NCBI GenBank assembly: GCA_038213805.1
Contig: JBBQSO010000102.1
Location: forward strand, 1 to 18,014
Origin: Planctomycetota bacterium
Lineage (GTDB): Bacteria; Planctomycetota; UBA11346
DNA length: 18,014 bases
Direction: 5' to 3'
Below the pieces are notes generated by a model, which was given only the letters and a program-made list of their open reading frames with translations, did no database searches and had not been told where the DNA came from. Below, piece after piece: positions 7,281 to 15,814 of this stretch. How positions within the stretch are numbered: position 1 is the stretch's first letter; the number at the start of each line of letters is the position of its first letter. The translations under genes and the position numbers were made by a program.

Positions 7281-7341
7281 TGCCAGGTATTGACCCACCC
7301 CGCCAGCTTCCCGAACATGCCCCCTCACGCTGGAGCCGATC

Positions 7342-8718
7342 ATGCCCGACGCCTTCGCCCTCGCCGAGACCCTCGCCAAACATGGGCAGGATCACCTGCT
7401 GCAGACTGTCGCCGGGCTGGACGAGGCGGCGCGCGCGGCCTTCCTGGCGCGGCTCGGTGAGATCGACTGGGCCGAGTTCGAACATCCGGCCGAACCTCCG
7501 GCGGTGGGCGACGTCGGCGCCAGCCGCGTGATCCCGCTCGCCGAGCGCGCGCAGCGCCAGGCCGAACTTGAGAGCGCGGGTGAGGCCGCCTACCGTGCCG
7601 GCCAGGTCGCGGTGCTGATGGTCGCCGGCGGCCAGGGCACGCGTCTGGGCTCGAGCGCTCCCAAGGGCTGCTTCCGCATCGCTGCGCATTCCGGCAAGAG
7701 CATCTACCAGCTGCAGGCCGAGAAAGTGCTGTCGCTGTCGCGACGCGTCGGCCGCGACGTGCCCTTCCTGGTCATGACCAGCCCGATGACCGACGGCGAG
7801 ACGCGCGAGTTCTTCCAGGCGCACGGCGCCTTCGGTCTCAAGGCCGAGCAGGTGCGCTTCTTCAGCCAGGGCACCGTGCCCAGCCTTGACCAGCAGGGGC
7901 GCGCTTTGCTCGCCGGGCCCGGCAGGTTGCTCGAGAATCCGGACGGTCATGGCGGCTGCTTCACCGCGCTGGTCAAATCGGGCAACCTGGCGCGTCTGCG
8001 CCGCGAAGGTGTGCGCCAGCTGGTCTACATCCAGGTCGACAACGTCACCGTGCCGGTCGACGACGCCGCCTTGATCGGCCTGGCCATGCTTGAGCAGGCC
8101 GAGGTCGTGACCAAGGTCCTGGCCAAGGCCCATCCCGATGAGAAGGTCGGCCACCTGGTGCGCGTCGGCGGCAGCGACCGCATCATCGAGTACACCGAGG
8201 TCACCCCCGAACAGGCGCGCAGCCGCAACGCTGCCGGCGAGCTGATCTACCGCTGGGGTTCGCCCGCGATGCACTGCTGGAGCGTGGACTTCCTCGCGCG
8301 CCTCACCGACCAGGGCTACAAGATCCCGCTGCACCGGAGCTCGAAGCCGCTGAAGGCGTGGGCGGGCGGCACGATCAGCGAAGTCAAAGGCTGGAAGAGC
8401 GAGCGCTTCATCTTCGACCTCATCCCTGAAGCCAAGGCCAGCCTCGGCCTGGAGATCGACCGCCTCGCCGAATTCGCCCCGGTCAAGAACGCAAACGGCA
8501 GCGACGGCACGGTGGTCGCAGACAGCCCAGCGAGCGCGGTGCAGCTGGCGAGCGACCAGTTCGCCTCCTGGCTGGCGGCCGCCGGGGTGAAGCTGGCGCT
8601 GCCCAAGACCGCGCGCATCGAGATCAGTCCGTTGTTCGCCGCGACCAAGACGCAGTTCCTGGCGAAGTGGGATGGGCGGGTGAAGGAGGTCAGCGGGGAC
8701 TATTATCTGGAGGCATGA
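7342..8718 (+). CDS. UDP-N-acetylglucosamine pyrophosphorylase, eukaryote-like UAP (UDPGP family)
   Basis: 'VAGGQGTRLGSSAPKG', 'VMTS', 'FFSQGTVP', 'NPDGHGG', 'IQVDN', 'EKVG', 'IIEYTE', 'KSERFIFD', 'EFAPVKN'; GGAG RBS. Confidence 0.92.
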   Translation: MPDAFALAETLAKHGQDHLLQTVAGLDEAARAAFLARLGEIDWAEFEHPAEPPAVGDVGASRVIPLAERAQRQAELESAGEAAYRAGQVAVLMVAGGQGTRLGSSAPKGCFRIAAHSGKSIYQLQAEKVLSLSRRVGRDVPFLVMTSPMTDGETREFFQAHGAFGLKAEQVRFFSQGTVPSLDQQGRALLAGPGRLLENPDGHGGCFTALVKSGNLARLRREGVRQLVYIQVDNVTVPVDDAALIGLAMLEQAEVVTKVLAKAHPDEKVGHLVRVGGSDRIIEYTEVTPEQARSRNAAGELIYRWGSPAMHCWSVDFLARLTDQGYKIPLHRSSKPLKAWAGGTISEVKGWKSERFIFDLIPEAKASLGLEIDRLAEFAPVKNANGSDGTVVADSPASAVQLASDQFASWLAAAGVKLALPKTARIEISPLFAATKTQFLAKWDGRVKEVSGDYYLEA

Positions 8719-8775
8719 ATCTACGCGACGCGAACGCGTGCTGACCTCATGCGGTCCTCCTTTCCGCGCTGCAAA

Positions 8776-9285
8776 TCAGTCGAAGATCACTACGCCAAAG
8801 AGGCGCAGCTGCCGGGAATTTCGCTCGGCGTAATCGTCGAACCCCCAGTACCTGCGCACGATATCGGCGACCGAGTGCGGACCCCGGACCGTACAACCCG
8901 AGCGGAAATCGACCACCCGCTGGTCGTCAGCGAAACGCAGCAGGAAATCCTCGTGGCCAGAGAAGCGCAGCAGCGTCAGACCCATGCAGGCGATGACGGG
9001 GTCCGTATCCTTGGCCAGCCGCACCTCGTCGCTGGCGGGGTACTTGCAGGCCAAGCGTTCGACCAGTGTCGCGAATTCCAGCATGACGCTGGAATTGTTG
9101 ATCGCCTGTGGTGCGACCACGGTGAGCCCAACGAAGTCGGCGCGGTTCTCACTGAGGATGCGGCTCTCGCCAGTGGCCGCGTAAAGTGCCCGCTTGGCGC
9201 GCAGCGGCTCCATGACGTGGACCGGAACCCAATAGGCGACGGACAGTGCCAGGGCCACGACGAGCAGGATGAAGAGCTCGCGCAT
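8776..9285 (-). CDS. Hypothetical protein with N-terminal signal anchor/TM helix (169 aa)
   Basis: ORF filling the gap between UAP and tyrS, with hydrophobic N-terminus 'MRELFILLVVALALSVAYWVPV'. No family recognised. Confidence 0.55.
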   Translation of the reverse strand: MRELFILLVVALALSVAYWVPVHVMEPLRAKRALYAATGESRILSENRADFVGLTVVAPQAINNSSVMLEFATLVERLACKYPASDEVRLAKDTDPVIACMGLTLLRFSGHEDFLLRFADDQRVVDFRSGCTVRGPHSVADIVRRYWGFDDYAERNSRQLRLFGVVIFD

Positions 9286-9392
9286 GACCGGGTGAACGCC
9301 AGCGGACACTCCGGGTTCACCCGCCGCTGTCCGCCCGCGCGGTTGCGCGCTGGCCCACCCCCCTACTCTCCTGCCTCGCCCCGAAAGCACCC

Positions 9393-10655
9393 ATGACCAC
9401 CGCCCCAACGCCCGCCGCCAACCTCTTCGACGTACTCAGCGAGCGCGGTTTCGTCGCCCAGCACACCCGCGACGCGGCCGGGATGCGCACGCTGCTCACT
9501 TCGCCGCAAACCGCCTACATCGGTTTCGATCCCACTGCCGACAGTCTGCACGTCGGATCGCTGGTGCCGATCATGGGGTTGCGCTGGCTGCAGGCCTGCG
9601 GGCACCGGCCGCTGGTGGTGGTGGGCGGGGCGACGGCGCTGGTCGGCGATCCCTCGGGCAAGACCGAGATGCGGCGCATGCTGACGCGCGAGGATATCGA
9701 CCGCAATGCCGCGGCCATCGCCGCGCAGATCGGCCGCATCGTGCGCTTCGACGCCTCCGCGACCGGCGCGAAGCTGGTCAACAACGCCGACTGGCTGGTC
9801 GGGCTGGAGTGGATCGCGATGCTGCGCGCGGTGGGCCCGCACTTCAGCGTCAACCGCATGTTGTCGATGGACTCGGTGAAGGGCCGACTGGAAGGCGGTG
9901 GCATCAGCTTCCTCGAGTTCAACTACATGGTCATGCAGGCCTACGATTTCGTGCACCTGTTCACGGCCGAGGGCTGCGCCCTGCAGATGGGCGGCCAGGA
10001 CCAGTGGGGCAACATCGTCATGGGCATCGAGCTCGGCCGGCGCACCGCCGATGCCGAGCTGGTCGGCCTGACCATGCCGCTGGTGACCAAGTCCGATGGC
10101 GGCAAGTTCGGCAAGTCCGAGAAGGGCAACATCTGGCTGTCGGCCGAGCGCACGCCGGTCTACGAGTTCTTCCAGTTCTGGCGCAACGTCGCCGACGGCG
10201 ATGTGGTGCGCTTCCTTGGCTTCTTCACCGACCTGCCGATGGCCGAGGTCCGCAGCCTGACCGACGGTGGCGGCGAAAAGCTCAATCGCGCCAAGGAGGT
10301 CTTGGCCTTCCAGGTCACCCGCCTGGTGCACGGCGAAGCCGCCGCGACCGAGGCGCTGGCGAGCGCCAAGGGCGCCTTCGGCGCCGCGCACGACGTCACC
10401 GGCGACGCCATTCCACACAGCGATCTGCCCGCCGCGGAGCTTGCCGGCGGACTCGGCATCGTGGCGCTGCTGGTGCGCGCGAAGCTGGCGACCTCCAATG
10501 GCGAGGCCAAGCGATTGATCGAAGGCGGCGGGGTGCGCGTGCACGACGTCGCAGTCACCGACATCGGCCTCAAGATCGACGCCGCCGCGGTGCAAGACGG
10601 CTTCGTGCTGGTGCGGGCGGGGAAGAAGAAGATGCACCGCTTCGACGTGCGCTGA
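9393..10655 (+). CDS. tyrS: Tyrosine--tRNA ligase
   Basis: 'YIGFDPTADSLHVGS' (HIGH), 'GDPSGK', 'EFNYMVMQAYDF', 'QMGGQDQWGNI', 'KFGKS' (KMSKS), and C-terminal S4 domain ending 'RAGKKK'. Confidence 0.98.
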   Translation: MTTAPTPAANLFDVLSERGFVAQHTRDAAGMRTLLTSPQTAYIGFDPTADSLHVGSLVPIMGLRWLQACGHRPLVVVGGATALVGDPSGKTEMRRMLTREDIDRNAAAIAAQIGRIVRFDASATGAKLVNNADWLVGLEWIAMLRAVGPHFSVNRMLSMDSVKGRLEGGGISFLEFNYMVMQAYDFVHLFTAEGCALQMGGQDQWGNIVMGIELGRRTADAELVGLTMPLVTKSDGGKFGKSEKGNIWLSAERTPVYEFFQFWRNVADGDVVRFLGFFTDLPMAEVRSLTDGGGEKLNRAKEVLAFQVTRLVHGEAAATEALASAKGAFGAAHDVTGDAIPHSDLPAAELAGGLGIVALLVRAKLATSNGEAKRLIEGGGVRVHDVAVTDIGLKIDAAAVQDGFVLVRAGKKKMHRFDVR

Positions 10656-10722
10656 ACAGCCCCTGACGGCCGTCCGATGCAGCAGGACTTCGCTGGGGGT
10701 GGACCGCAGACTGGGGACCCTC

Positions 10723-11565
10723 CTACGCCAGGAACGCGTCCGCATCGTCCTCGATCGGCTCCCAATAACGGAAGTGCCGCAGATAGTCCGCCAGCGCCAG
10801 GTTGTGCGCCGCCGCCTGCTCGATCCACAGCTTGGCCTTGTCGACCAGCGCGCGCTCACGCTCGAGGCTGATCAGACCGACCAGGACGCGCGTGCGCAGG
10901 AAGACGAAGTAGGTGTCGAGGGCGTCGCACTGGCAGTAGTCGTCGATGCGTTCGCGCTCGCCGCGCTCCCACAGCTCCTGCACCATGTTGCCCTTGGTGT
11001 CCATCTTGCCGGGCTTGCCGAGCAGTTGGGCGCACAGATTGAGGCCACCGTTGACCTGGGTCGCGCCCTGATTGCCGATGAAATCCTGCAGATCGAGGTG
11101 CGCGGCGGTGTTGAAGCGGTTGCGCGGTTGGTTGTACTGATTGCCGGCGGCGTTGAACCAGGACGGTACGGGGATGCCATAGCGGTAGGCGCACAGTTCA
11201 AGCACCGGCACGTCGAAGAAGCGCCCGTTGAAGGTCACCAGGGTCGGCTGACCGTAGGATTGCCAGCCCTTCCAGAAGCTGCGCGCGATGACCTGCGGGC
11301 GGAAGCGCGGGCGGTCGAGAGTGCGGACATCAAGCAGTTCGTAATCGGCCGCGACTTTGGCCACTGCGATCGAGACCGGCAGTTGGAAGGTGTGCGGCAC
11401 GAAGTCGGACTTGCCGGCGGAGCGCTCGAGCAGCTCACTGCGGTATTTGGCCACCGCCTCGGCTGGGGTCAGGCCGGGCTGGTCGGGATATTTCACGCGC
11501 TGCACCAGGCGGCCGTCCGCGACCGTCTCGATGTCGAAGACCAGATAGGAGGGCTTGTCGCTCAT
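10723..11565 (-). CDS. Stand-alone PolB-like 3'-5' exonuclease (DEDDy; DNA_pol_B_exo2-like)
   Basis: ExoI 'VFDIET', ExoII 'LVTFNGRFFDVPVL', 'HLDLQD', 'GKPGKMD', ExoIII 'YCQCDALDTY'. Start chosen at MSDKPS (11565). Confidence 0.92.
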   Translation of the reverse strand: MSDKPSYLVFDIETVADGRLVQRVKYPDQPGLTPAEAVAKYRSELLERSAGKSDFVPHTFQLPVSIAVAKVAADYELLDVRTLDRPRFRPQVIARSFWKGWQSYGQPTLVTFNGRFFDVPVLELCAYRYGIPVPSWFNAAGNQYNQPRNRFNTAAHLDLQDFIGNQGATQVNGGLNLCAQLLGKPGKMDTKGNMVQELWERGERERIDDYCQCDALDTYFVFLRTRVLVGLISLERERALVDKAKLWIEQAAAHNLALADYLRHFRYWEPIEDDADAFLA

Positions 11566-11771
11566 GGGCGGGACGCTATCGGAGAGGACGGCGGCGAGAA
11601 CGCGAAAGCCCGGCACCGGGTCGACCATGGTCGTAGCCTATCGATTTGCGCCCAAGCGGTGGTGCGCGCCGCCGCGCGCGCCGCACCATCAGGATGCCGT
11701 TGCGATCCTGCTGCGATCTTCCACACTCGGAGCAACAGGATGGACTGGATGACCACGCAGCGGCGTTTCGG

Positions 11772-11780
11772 TGGTACACT
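11772..11780 (+). promoter_or_regulatory. Extended -10 element (TGnTACACT) 6 nt before the NUDIX start codon
   Basis: TGGTACACT-caggca-ATG with no Shine-Dalgarno sequence. Confidence 0.5.
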
Positions 11781-11786
11781 CAGGCA

Positions 11787-12227
11787 ATGATGCCGCTCGG
11801 GCTTGCGCCTGCGCCTTCCGCTGCGATCACGGCCGCTGGCCTGATCCTTCGGTGGCGTACCTCCCGAGGCGATCGCTGGCTCCTGCTGCGCGGCAGCCGC
11901 AACCACGAATGGGGCTTCCCCAAGGGTCACCAGGACCGCGGCGAGAGCCCGGCCTGCACCGCCACCCGCGAATGCGCCGAAGAATGCGGCATCGCCCTGA
12001 TCGCCATCGACGGGGCGCCGCTCGAGGTCAACTACCTGCTTGCCAGCGGGCGCTCCAAGCGCGTGCTCTACTACCCGGCAACCACCGCCAGCGAACGCGT
12101 CGCCCTCAGCGATGAGCACAGCGATTGGGCCTGGCTGTCCGCCCAGGCGGTGCTGGCGCACCTGCCGCACACCAATGTGAAGCTGATGTTCCGGGCCTAC
12201 CTTCATGGGCTGGAAGAGGGCCGTTAG
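11787..12227 (+). CDS. NUDIX hydrolase, Ap4A hydrolase (NUDT2-like) type
   Basis: Nudix box 'GHQDRGESPACTATRECAEECGI' preceded by 'WGFPK'; 'KRVLYY' and 'LSDEHSDWAW' resemble asymmetric bis(5'-nucleosyl)-tetraphosphatases. Confidence 0.85.
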   Translation: MMPLGLAPAPSAAITAAGLILRWRTSRGDRWLLLRGSRNHEWGFPKGHQDRGESPACTATRECAEECGIALIAIDGAPLEVNYLLASGRSKRVLYYPATTASERVALSDEHSDWAWLSAQAVLAHLPHTNVKLMFRAYLHGLEEGR

Positions 12228-12274
12228 GCTTCGGCGCTTTCTCTCGCCGCCGCGCGCGCGATGGTGGCGCCGCC

Positions 12275-13129
12275 ATGCTGACCTTCCTGTTCTACCAGCC
12301 CGACCACGAGCAGCCCATTCCCGCGGGGGATGTCGAGGATGCCCTGCTGGACCAACCGGGCGTCGAATTGACCGGCGCCGGTGGAGACGCGTACCGTCCC
12401 GGCACCTGGCGCCATGTGGCCACCGGCGCGACCGCGGTCATCGACCTCGGGCTGGCGCCCCTTGAAGACGACCAGATGCACCCGCCCACCACCTACCTGG
12501 GGTGGCGGCCACTCGCGCTCGCGGTGCACCTGCCGCTGGCCGGGCCGCACTGGCGCTGCGTCGAGGCGCTGCAGCTGATCGAGCGCCTGCTCGCCGCCTT
12601 GCCCGGCACGCGCGTGCTCGACACCGAGGACACGCGCAGCAGCGATGACACCCTGGGGCCCGCGCCCTGGAGCCGGCCGCGTGCCCTGGCGAGCTGGGAA
12701 CGGCTGCATAGCGGCCAGCAGAGCGGGCGCAGCGACTACCCGCACATGGGCCGCTTGGCGAGCGTCTGCCTGTGGCGCTATCGCCGCGAGCGGGCCAGCG
12801 GCCTGGCCGCCTTCCCCGAGCTGCGCTGGGCGGAGGCCCTGGCCCTGGTCGACAGCGCTGCCGGCGCCGCGCGCAGTGCGATCATCTGGGACGATCCGGA
12901 CCGCCCCCTGGCCATGCCCCCGGTCGAACTGGTGGTGGTGCCCCGGCCCGGTGCCCCGGGGGTGCTCTTCGCCGAGGTCCTGCTGCGCACCGCCCAGGGC
13001 GAGCCCCTGCCGTTCGGCCAGGCGGCGCGCATTTTGCCGGGGCCGACCACCAGCGCGCTCTTCCACACCGCCGAACTGCTGCCAGCCACCCGCTTCAAGG
13101 CCCTGGGCGACCACGACTGGACGGATTGA
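12275..13129 (+). CDS. Hypothetical protein (284 aa)
   Basis: Protein-like composition, G/C-ending codons, and it fits between flanking genes. Start chosen at MLTFLFYQ. No function recognised. Confidence 0.75.
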   Translation: MLTFLFYQPDHEQPIPAGDVEDALLDQPGVELTGAGGDAYRPGTWRHVATGATAVIDLGLAPLEDDQMHPPTTYLGWRPLALAVHLPLAGPHWRCVEALQLIERLLAALPGTRVLDTEDTRSSDDTLGPAPWSRPRALASWERLHSGQQSGRSDYPHMGRLASVCLWRYRRERASGLAAFPELRWAEALALVDSAAGAARSAIIWDDPDRPLAMPPVELVVVPRPGAPGVLFAEVLLRTAQGEPLPFGQAARILPGPTTSALFHTAELLPATRFKALGDHDWTD

Positions 13130-13222
13130 GCCCGAGGCGCGAGCGGAGAGGGATGCACACCGGCAGCCCGAGGGGACCCCTCGAGACTTGCGCAATCCTT
13201 CAGGTGGCCGGACGCTAGGGCC

Positions 13223-14659
13223 ATGAGCGCGACGTTCACCTGTCCGCACTGCGGCGCGGTCTATCCGTTCAAACCCGTGCTGATCGGGCGGGCGGTGCGG
13301 TGCACCACGTGCAAGAACGCCTTCAGCCTGCGACCCGATGGGATCGCCGACAAGGTCGGCGCCACGGCACCCACGCCGGCCGCGACCGCACCGGCACCCG
13401 CACCCGCGCCGCTTGCCAAGCCCCCCACGGCCGCGGTAACCGCGACCCCGGTTGCAGCGCCCCCCCGGCCGGCCGCACCGCCCGCGCCCAAACCGCCGCC
13501 AAAGCCCGTCGCCCCAGCCCGTGAGGACCTCGAGGTCGAGGTCGAATTCCCGGCCCCGATCAAGGCCCCCGCGCCCAAGCCGGTGGCAGCCAAGCCGGTT
13601 GCTGCGGCCCCGACCGCGCCCCCGGCCGCCGCCAAACCAGCTCCTGCCGAACCCGCTGATGAGAACAGCCAGCAGAGCGCGCGGATGCGCGCCTCCGACC
13701 GCATGACCTCGCAGCAGAAGGAGGCACGTCGCAGCATGGCCGCGACCCTGGCGGTATCGATGAACGCGGCGCTCAAGGCCGAGTCGGTCAAGAAGGAGAG
13801 CGAGACCAAGGCGCAGAAGGAGAAGAAGAAGGCCATCGGCCGCGGCGAGGGCGGCGTGGGCCGGATTGGCCCAGCCCTGCTGTCCAATCAGGGCGTCGAA
13901 GAAGCGAAGCTGATGCGCTCGTGGTGGCTCTACACCCTGGGTACCATCGGCCTGATTGTCGCGCTGGGCTGGCTGATCGGCCACCATGGAGCGCGCCAGC
14001 AGGCCATCGACGCCTTCACCGCGGTGGTCGAGGGCAAGCGCAACCGTCCCGGCGAACGCGTGCTGGCCATCCAGGAGCGCGCCTGGCTGACCACCATGCC
14101 GCCCGCCAACGTCGGCGTCCCGGCGATCACGGACATGCCGGATGTGCATCATGGCGCGGTGCACACCGTCAAGCTCGCCGGCGTGCGCAGCGAAATCGCC
14201 GCGCTCAAGGGGCTAAGCCTGATCGAACCCCAGCGCATCTGGATGCCGGCCAAGGAAGCGGCGAAGATGCTCGCCGACTGGAGCGCCGAGAGCAAGCCGG
14301 AGGCATTCGTCGCCGCGCAGAAGGCCAAGGGCAGGACCGCGGTCGAGCACCGCGCGCTGCTCGCCAGGCTCGAAGCGGGCGGAGTCAGCAGCGACGACGT
14401 CGCGATCATCGACCTGTTCCTGCGCGGCCGCGGCCCCAACGGTAACACGGACGTCCTGAACCGCTGGCTGGCCGGCGACATCCCCGACAGCATGGAGCTG
14501 AGCACCTTCTACGGCAGCGCCGGCACCCTGATCGTCGAGCAGGGCGGGCAGGCCTACAAGACCCGTACAGTGCCCTATTCCGGCGTGCTGCTGCGCTTCG
14601 TGGGCAAAGACTGGCCCGGCGAGTGGCGCGTGCTGACCTTGACGACCGCGCGCAATTAG
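13223..14659 (+). CDS. Zinc-ribbon (CxxC-x17-CxxC) protein with Pro/Ala-rich linker, single TM helix and C-terminal extracytoplasmic domain
   Basis: 'FTCPHCGAVY...VRCTTCKNAF' (MJ0042-type finger), low-complexity PAK linker, TM 'WWLYTLGTIGLIVALGWLIG'. Confidence 0.85.
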   Translation: MSATFTCPHCGAVYPFKPVLIGRAVRCTTCKNAFSLRPDGIADKVGATAPTPAATAPAPAPAPLAKPPTAAVTATPVAAPPRPAAPPAPKPPPKPVAPAREDLEVEVEFPAPIKAPAPKPVAAKPVAAAPTAPPAAAKPAPAEPADENSQQSARMRASDRMTSQQKEARRSMAATLAVSMNAALKAESVKKESETKAQKEKKKAIGRGEGGVGRIGPALLSNQGVEEAKLMRSWWLYTLGTIGLIVALGWLIGHHGARQQAIDAFTAVVEGKRNRPGERVLAIQERAWLTTMPPANVGVPAITDMPDVHHGAVHTVKLAGVRSEIAALKGLSLIEPQRIWMPAKEAAKMLADWSAESKPEAFVAAQKAKGRTAVEHRALLARLEAGGVSSDDVAIIDLFLRGRGPNGNTDVLNRWLAGDIPDSMELSTFYGSAGTLIVEQGGQAYKTRTVPYSGVLLRFVGKDWPGEWRVLTLTTARN

Positions 14660-15630
14660 TCCGCCTGACCGGCGCGGCGCACCCACCACGCCAGCAGCCA
14701 CCGCCCGACGATGGCGGCGGCCAGCACGGCCGCGCCGAGGCGCAGGTCGGTGGTGACATAGCTGCCGCCCTCGAGCGCGAACACCACCAGGGCGAGGGCG
14801 AGGACGTCGAGCATCGCCCAGCGCGCGAGCCAGGGCCGGCGGTGGGTGGCGCCGGCGGCGGCGAACGCGTCGTTGGCGAGTGCGACCAGCGGGAAGATAC
14901 CCAGGGATAGGGCGCAACCGGCGGCAAGGGTGTAGGCGCCCACGGCCCAGGCGGCGCTGACCATGCTGATGACGCTCAGGTCACAGGGCAGCAGCCGCCA
15001 GTCATGCAGGCCCAGCACCGGCAGCAGCAATGCGGCGCCAGCCGGCAGGGCGGCCAGGGCGACCAGCAGGGCGGTCAGCGCCAACGGGCGGCGGCGCGGC
15101 AGCGGCGCCGCCCGCGGTCCGGCGACCTCGCGCGCGAGCAGTTCGCCCGCCAGCATCGCCACCATCACTGAAGCACTGAACGCGGCCAGGCCGGCGCAGG
15201 GCGCGACCGCGACGGCAAACTGACCATGCGTCAACCCGATCAGCAGGGCCATCAATAGAACGTCGAACAAGGACCATTTGCCGAGCACCTCGACGATGAG
15301 CAGAGCGCGGCGCTGCGCATGGCTCGCGCCGCGGCCACACCAGACCCAGCCCAGGACCGCCAGCTTGAGCGGTGGGAAGACCACCGACAGCAGCAGCGCG
15401 AGGATGGCAAGCACGTGCAGCTGGTGGCGCCACAGCAGGCTGGCCGAATTGGTCAGGCCGACAGTGCGGCGCTTGAACAGGGCGGTGATGTCGACCAGTG
15501 GCAGCAACAGAGCCACGACGTTGGCGGCCAGGGCGATGAGGATGAGCAGGAGGACGAGGCGCGAGCGGGGAGCCGCTGACGGCTCGGCGAGCATGGTCAC
15601 GGGCAGCGCAGACGGCGGTTGATCGCTCAC
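14656..15630 (-). CDS. Paraquat-inducible protein A (PqiA)-family membrane protein with two PqiA repeats
   Basis: Two hydrophobic repeats containing 'SVVFPPLKL...GKWSLFDVLLMAL' and 'GIFPLV...ARWAMLDVLALAL'. Start uncertain (GTG 15630 or ATG 15594). Its stop overlaps the convergent gene's stop (14656-14659). Confidence 0.85.
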   Translation of the reverse strand: MSDQPPSALPVTMLAEPSAAPRSRLVLLLILIALAANVVALLLPLVDITALFKRRTVGLTNSASLLWRHQLHVLAILALLLSVVFPPLKLAVLGWVWCGRGASHAQRRALLIVEVLGKWSLFDVLLMALLIGLTHGQFAVAVAPCAGLAAFSASVMVAMLAGELLAREVAGPRAAPLPRRRPLALTALLVALAALPAGAALLLPVLGLHDWRLLPCDLSVISMVSAAWAVGAYTLAAGCALSLGIFPLVALANDAFAAAGATHRRPWLARWAMLDVLALALVVFALEGGSYVTTDLRLGAAVLAAAIVGRWLLAWWVRRAGQAD

Positions 15631-15682
15631 GTCGCTCGTCCCGATTCCATGGCGGTCTCCAGCGCAGCGTCCCAGAAATGGC

Positions 15683-15711
15683 GCGGCCGCCGGTTTGTAG
15701 CCGGCGGCCGC
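15683..15711. repeat. 11-bp perfect inverted repeat GCGGCCGCCGG-TTTGTAG-CCGGCGGCCGC
   Basis: Read directly; lies between htpG and the pqiA-like gene. Confidence 0.8.
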
Positions 15712-15749
15712 AGCATCGACAAGGGTTGGACGGGAAGGTGGTCTCCCCG

Positions 15750-15784
15750 CCTGAGACTGCGGGCCACTGGCCCGCAGTCTCAGG
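15750..15784. repeat. 17-bp perfect palindrome CCTGAGACTGCGGGCCA-C-TGGCCCGCAGTCTCAGG; REP-like, possible htpG terminator
   Basis: Read directly; 30 nt downstream of the htpG stop; no U-tract. Confidence 0.85.
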
Positions 15785-15814
15785 GAAGATGTCGCTGTGC
15801 GACGGCGCGGTCCG

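Noticed and set aside
9286..9392. T-box riboswitch upstream of tyrS
   Set aside because: The intergenic region is only 107 bp, with no T-box consensus (AAxxxGGGTGGxACCGCG) and no terminator.
11655..11710. Short GC-rich inverted repeats (TGGTGCG...CGCACCA; AGGAT...ATCCT) between the exonuclease and NUDIX genes
   Set aside because: Short stems are expected by chance at this GC content, and I recognise no ncRNA motif.
13360..13660. Repetitive GC-rich DNA in the zinc-ribbon gene
   Set aside because: Explained by the low-complexity Pro/Ala/Lys linker it encodes; not a discrete repeat element.
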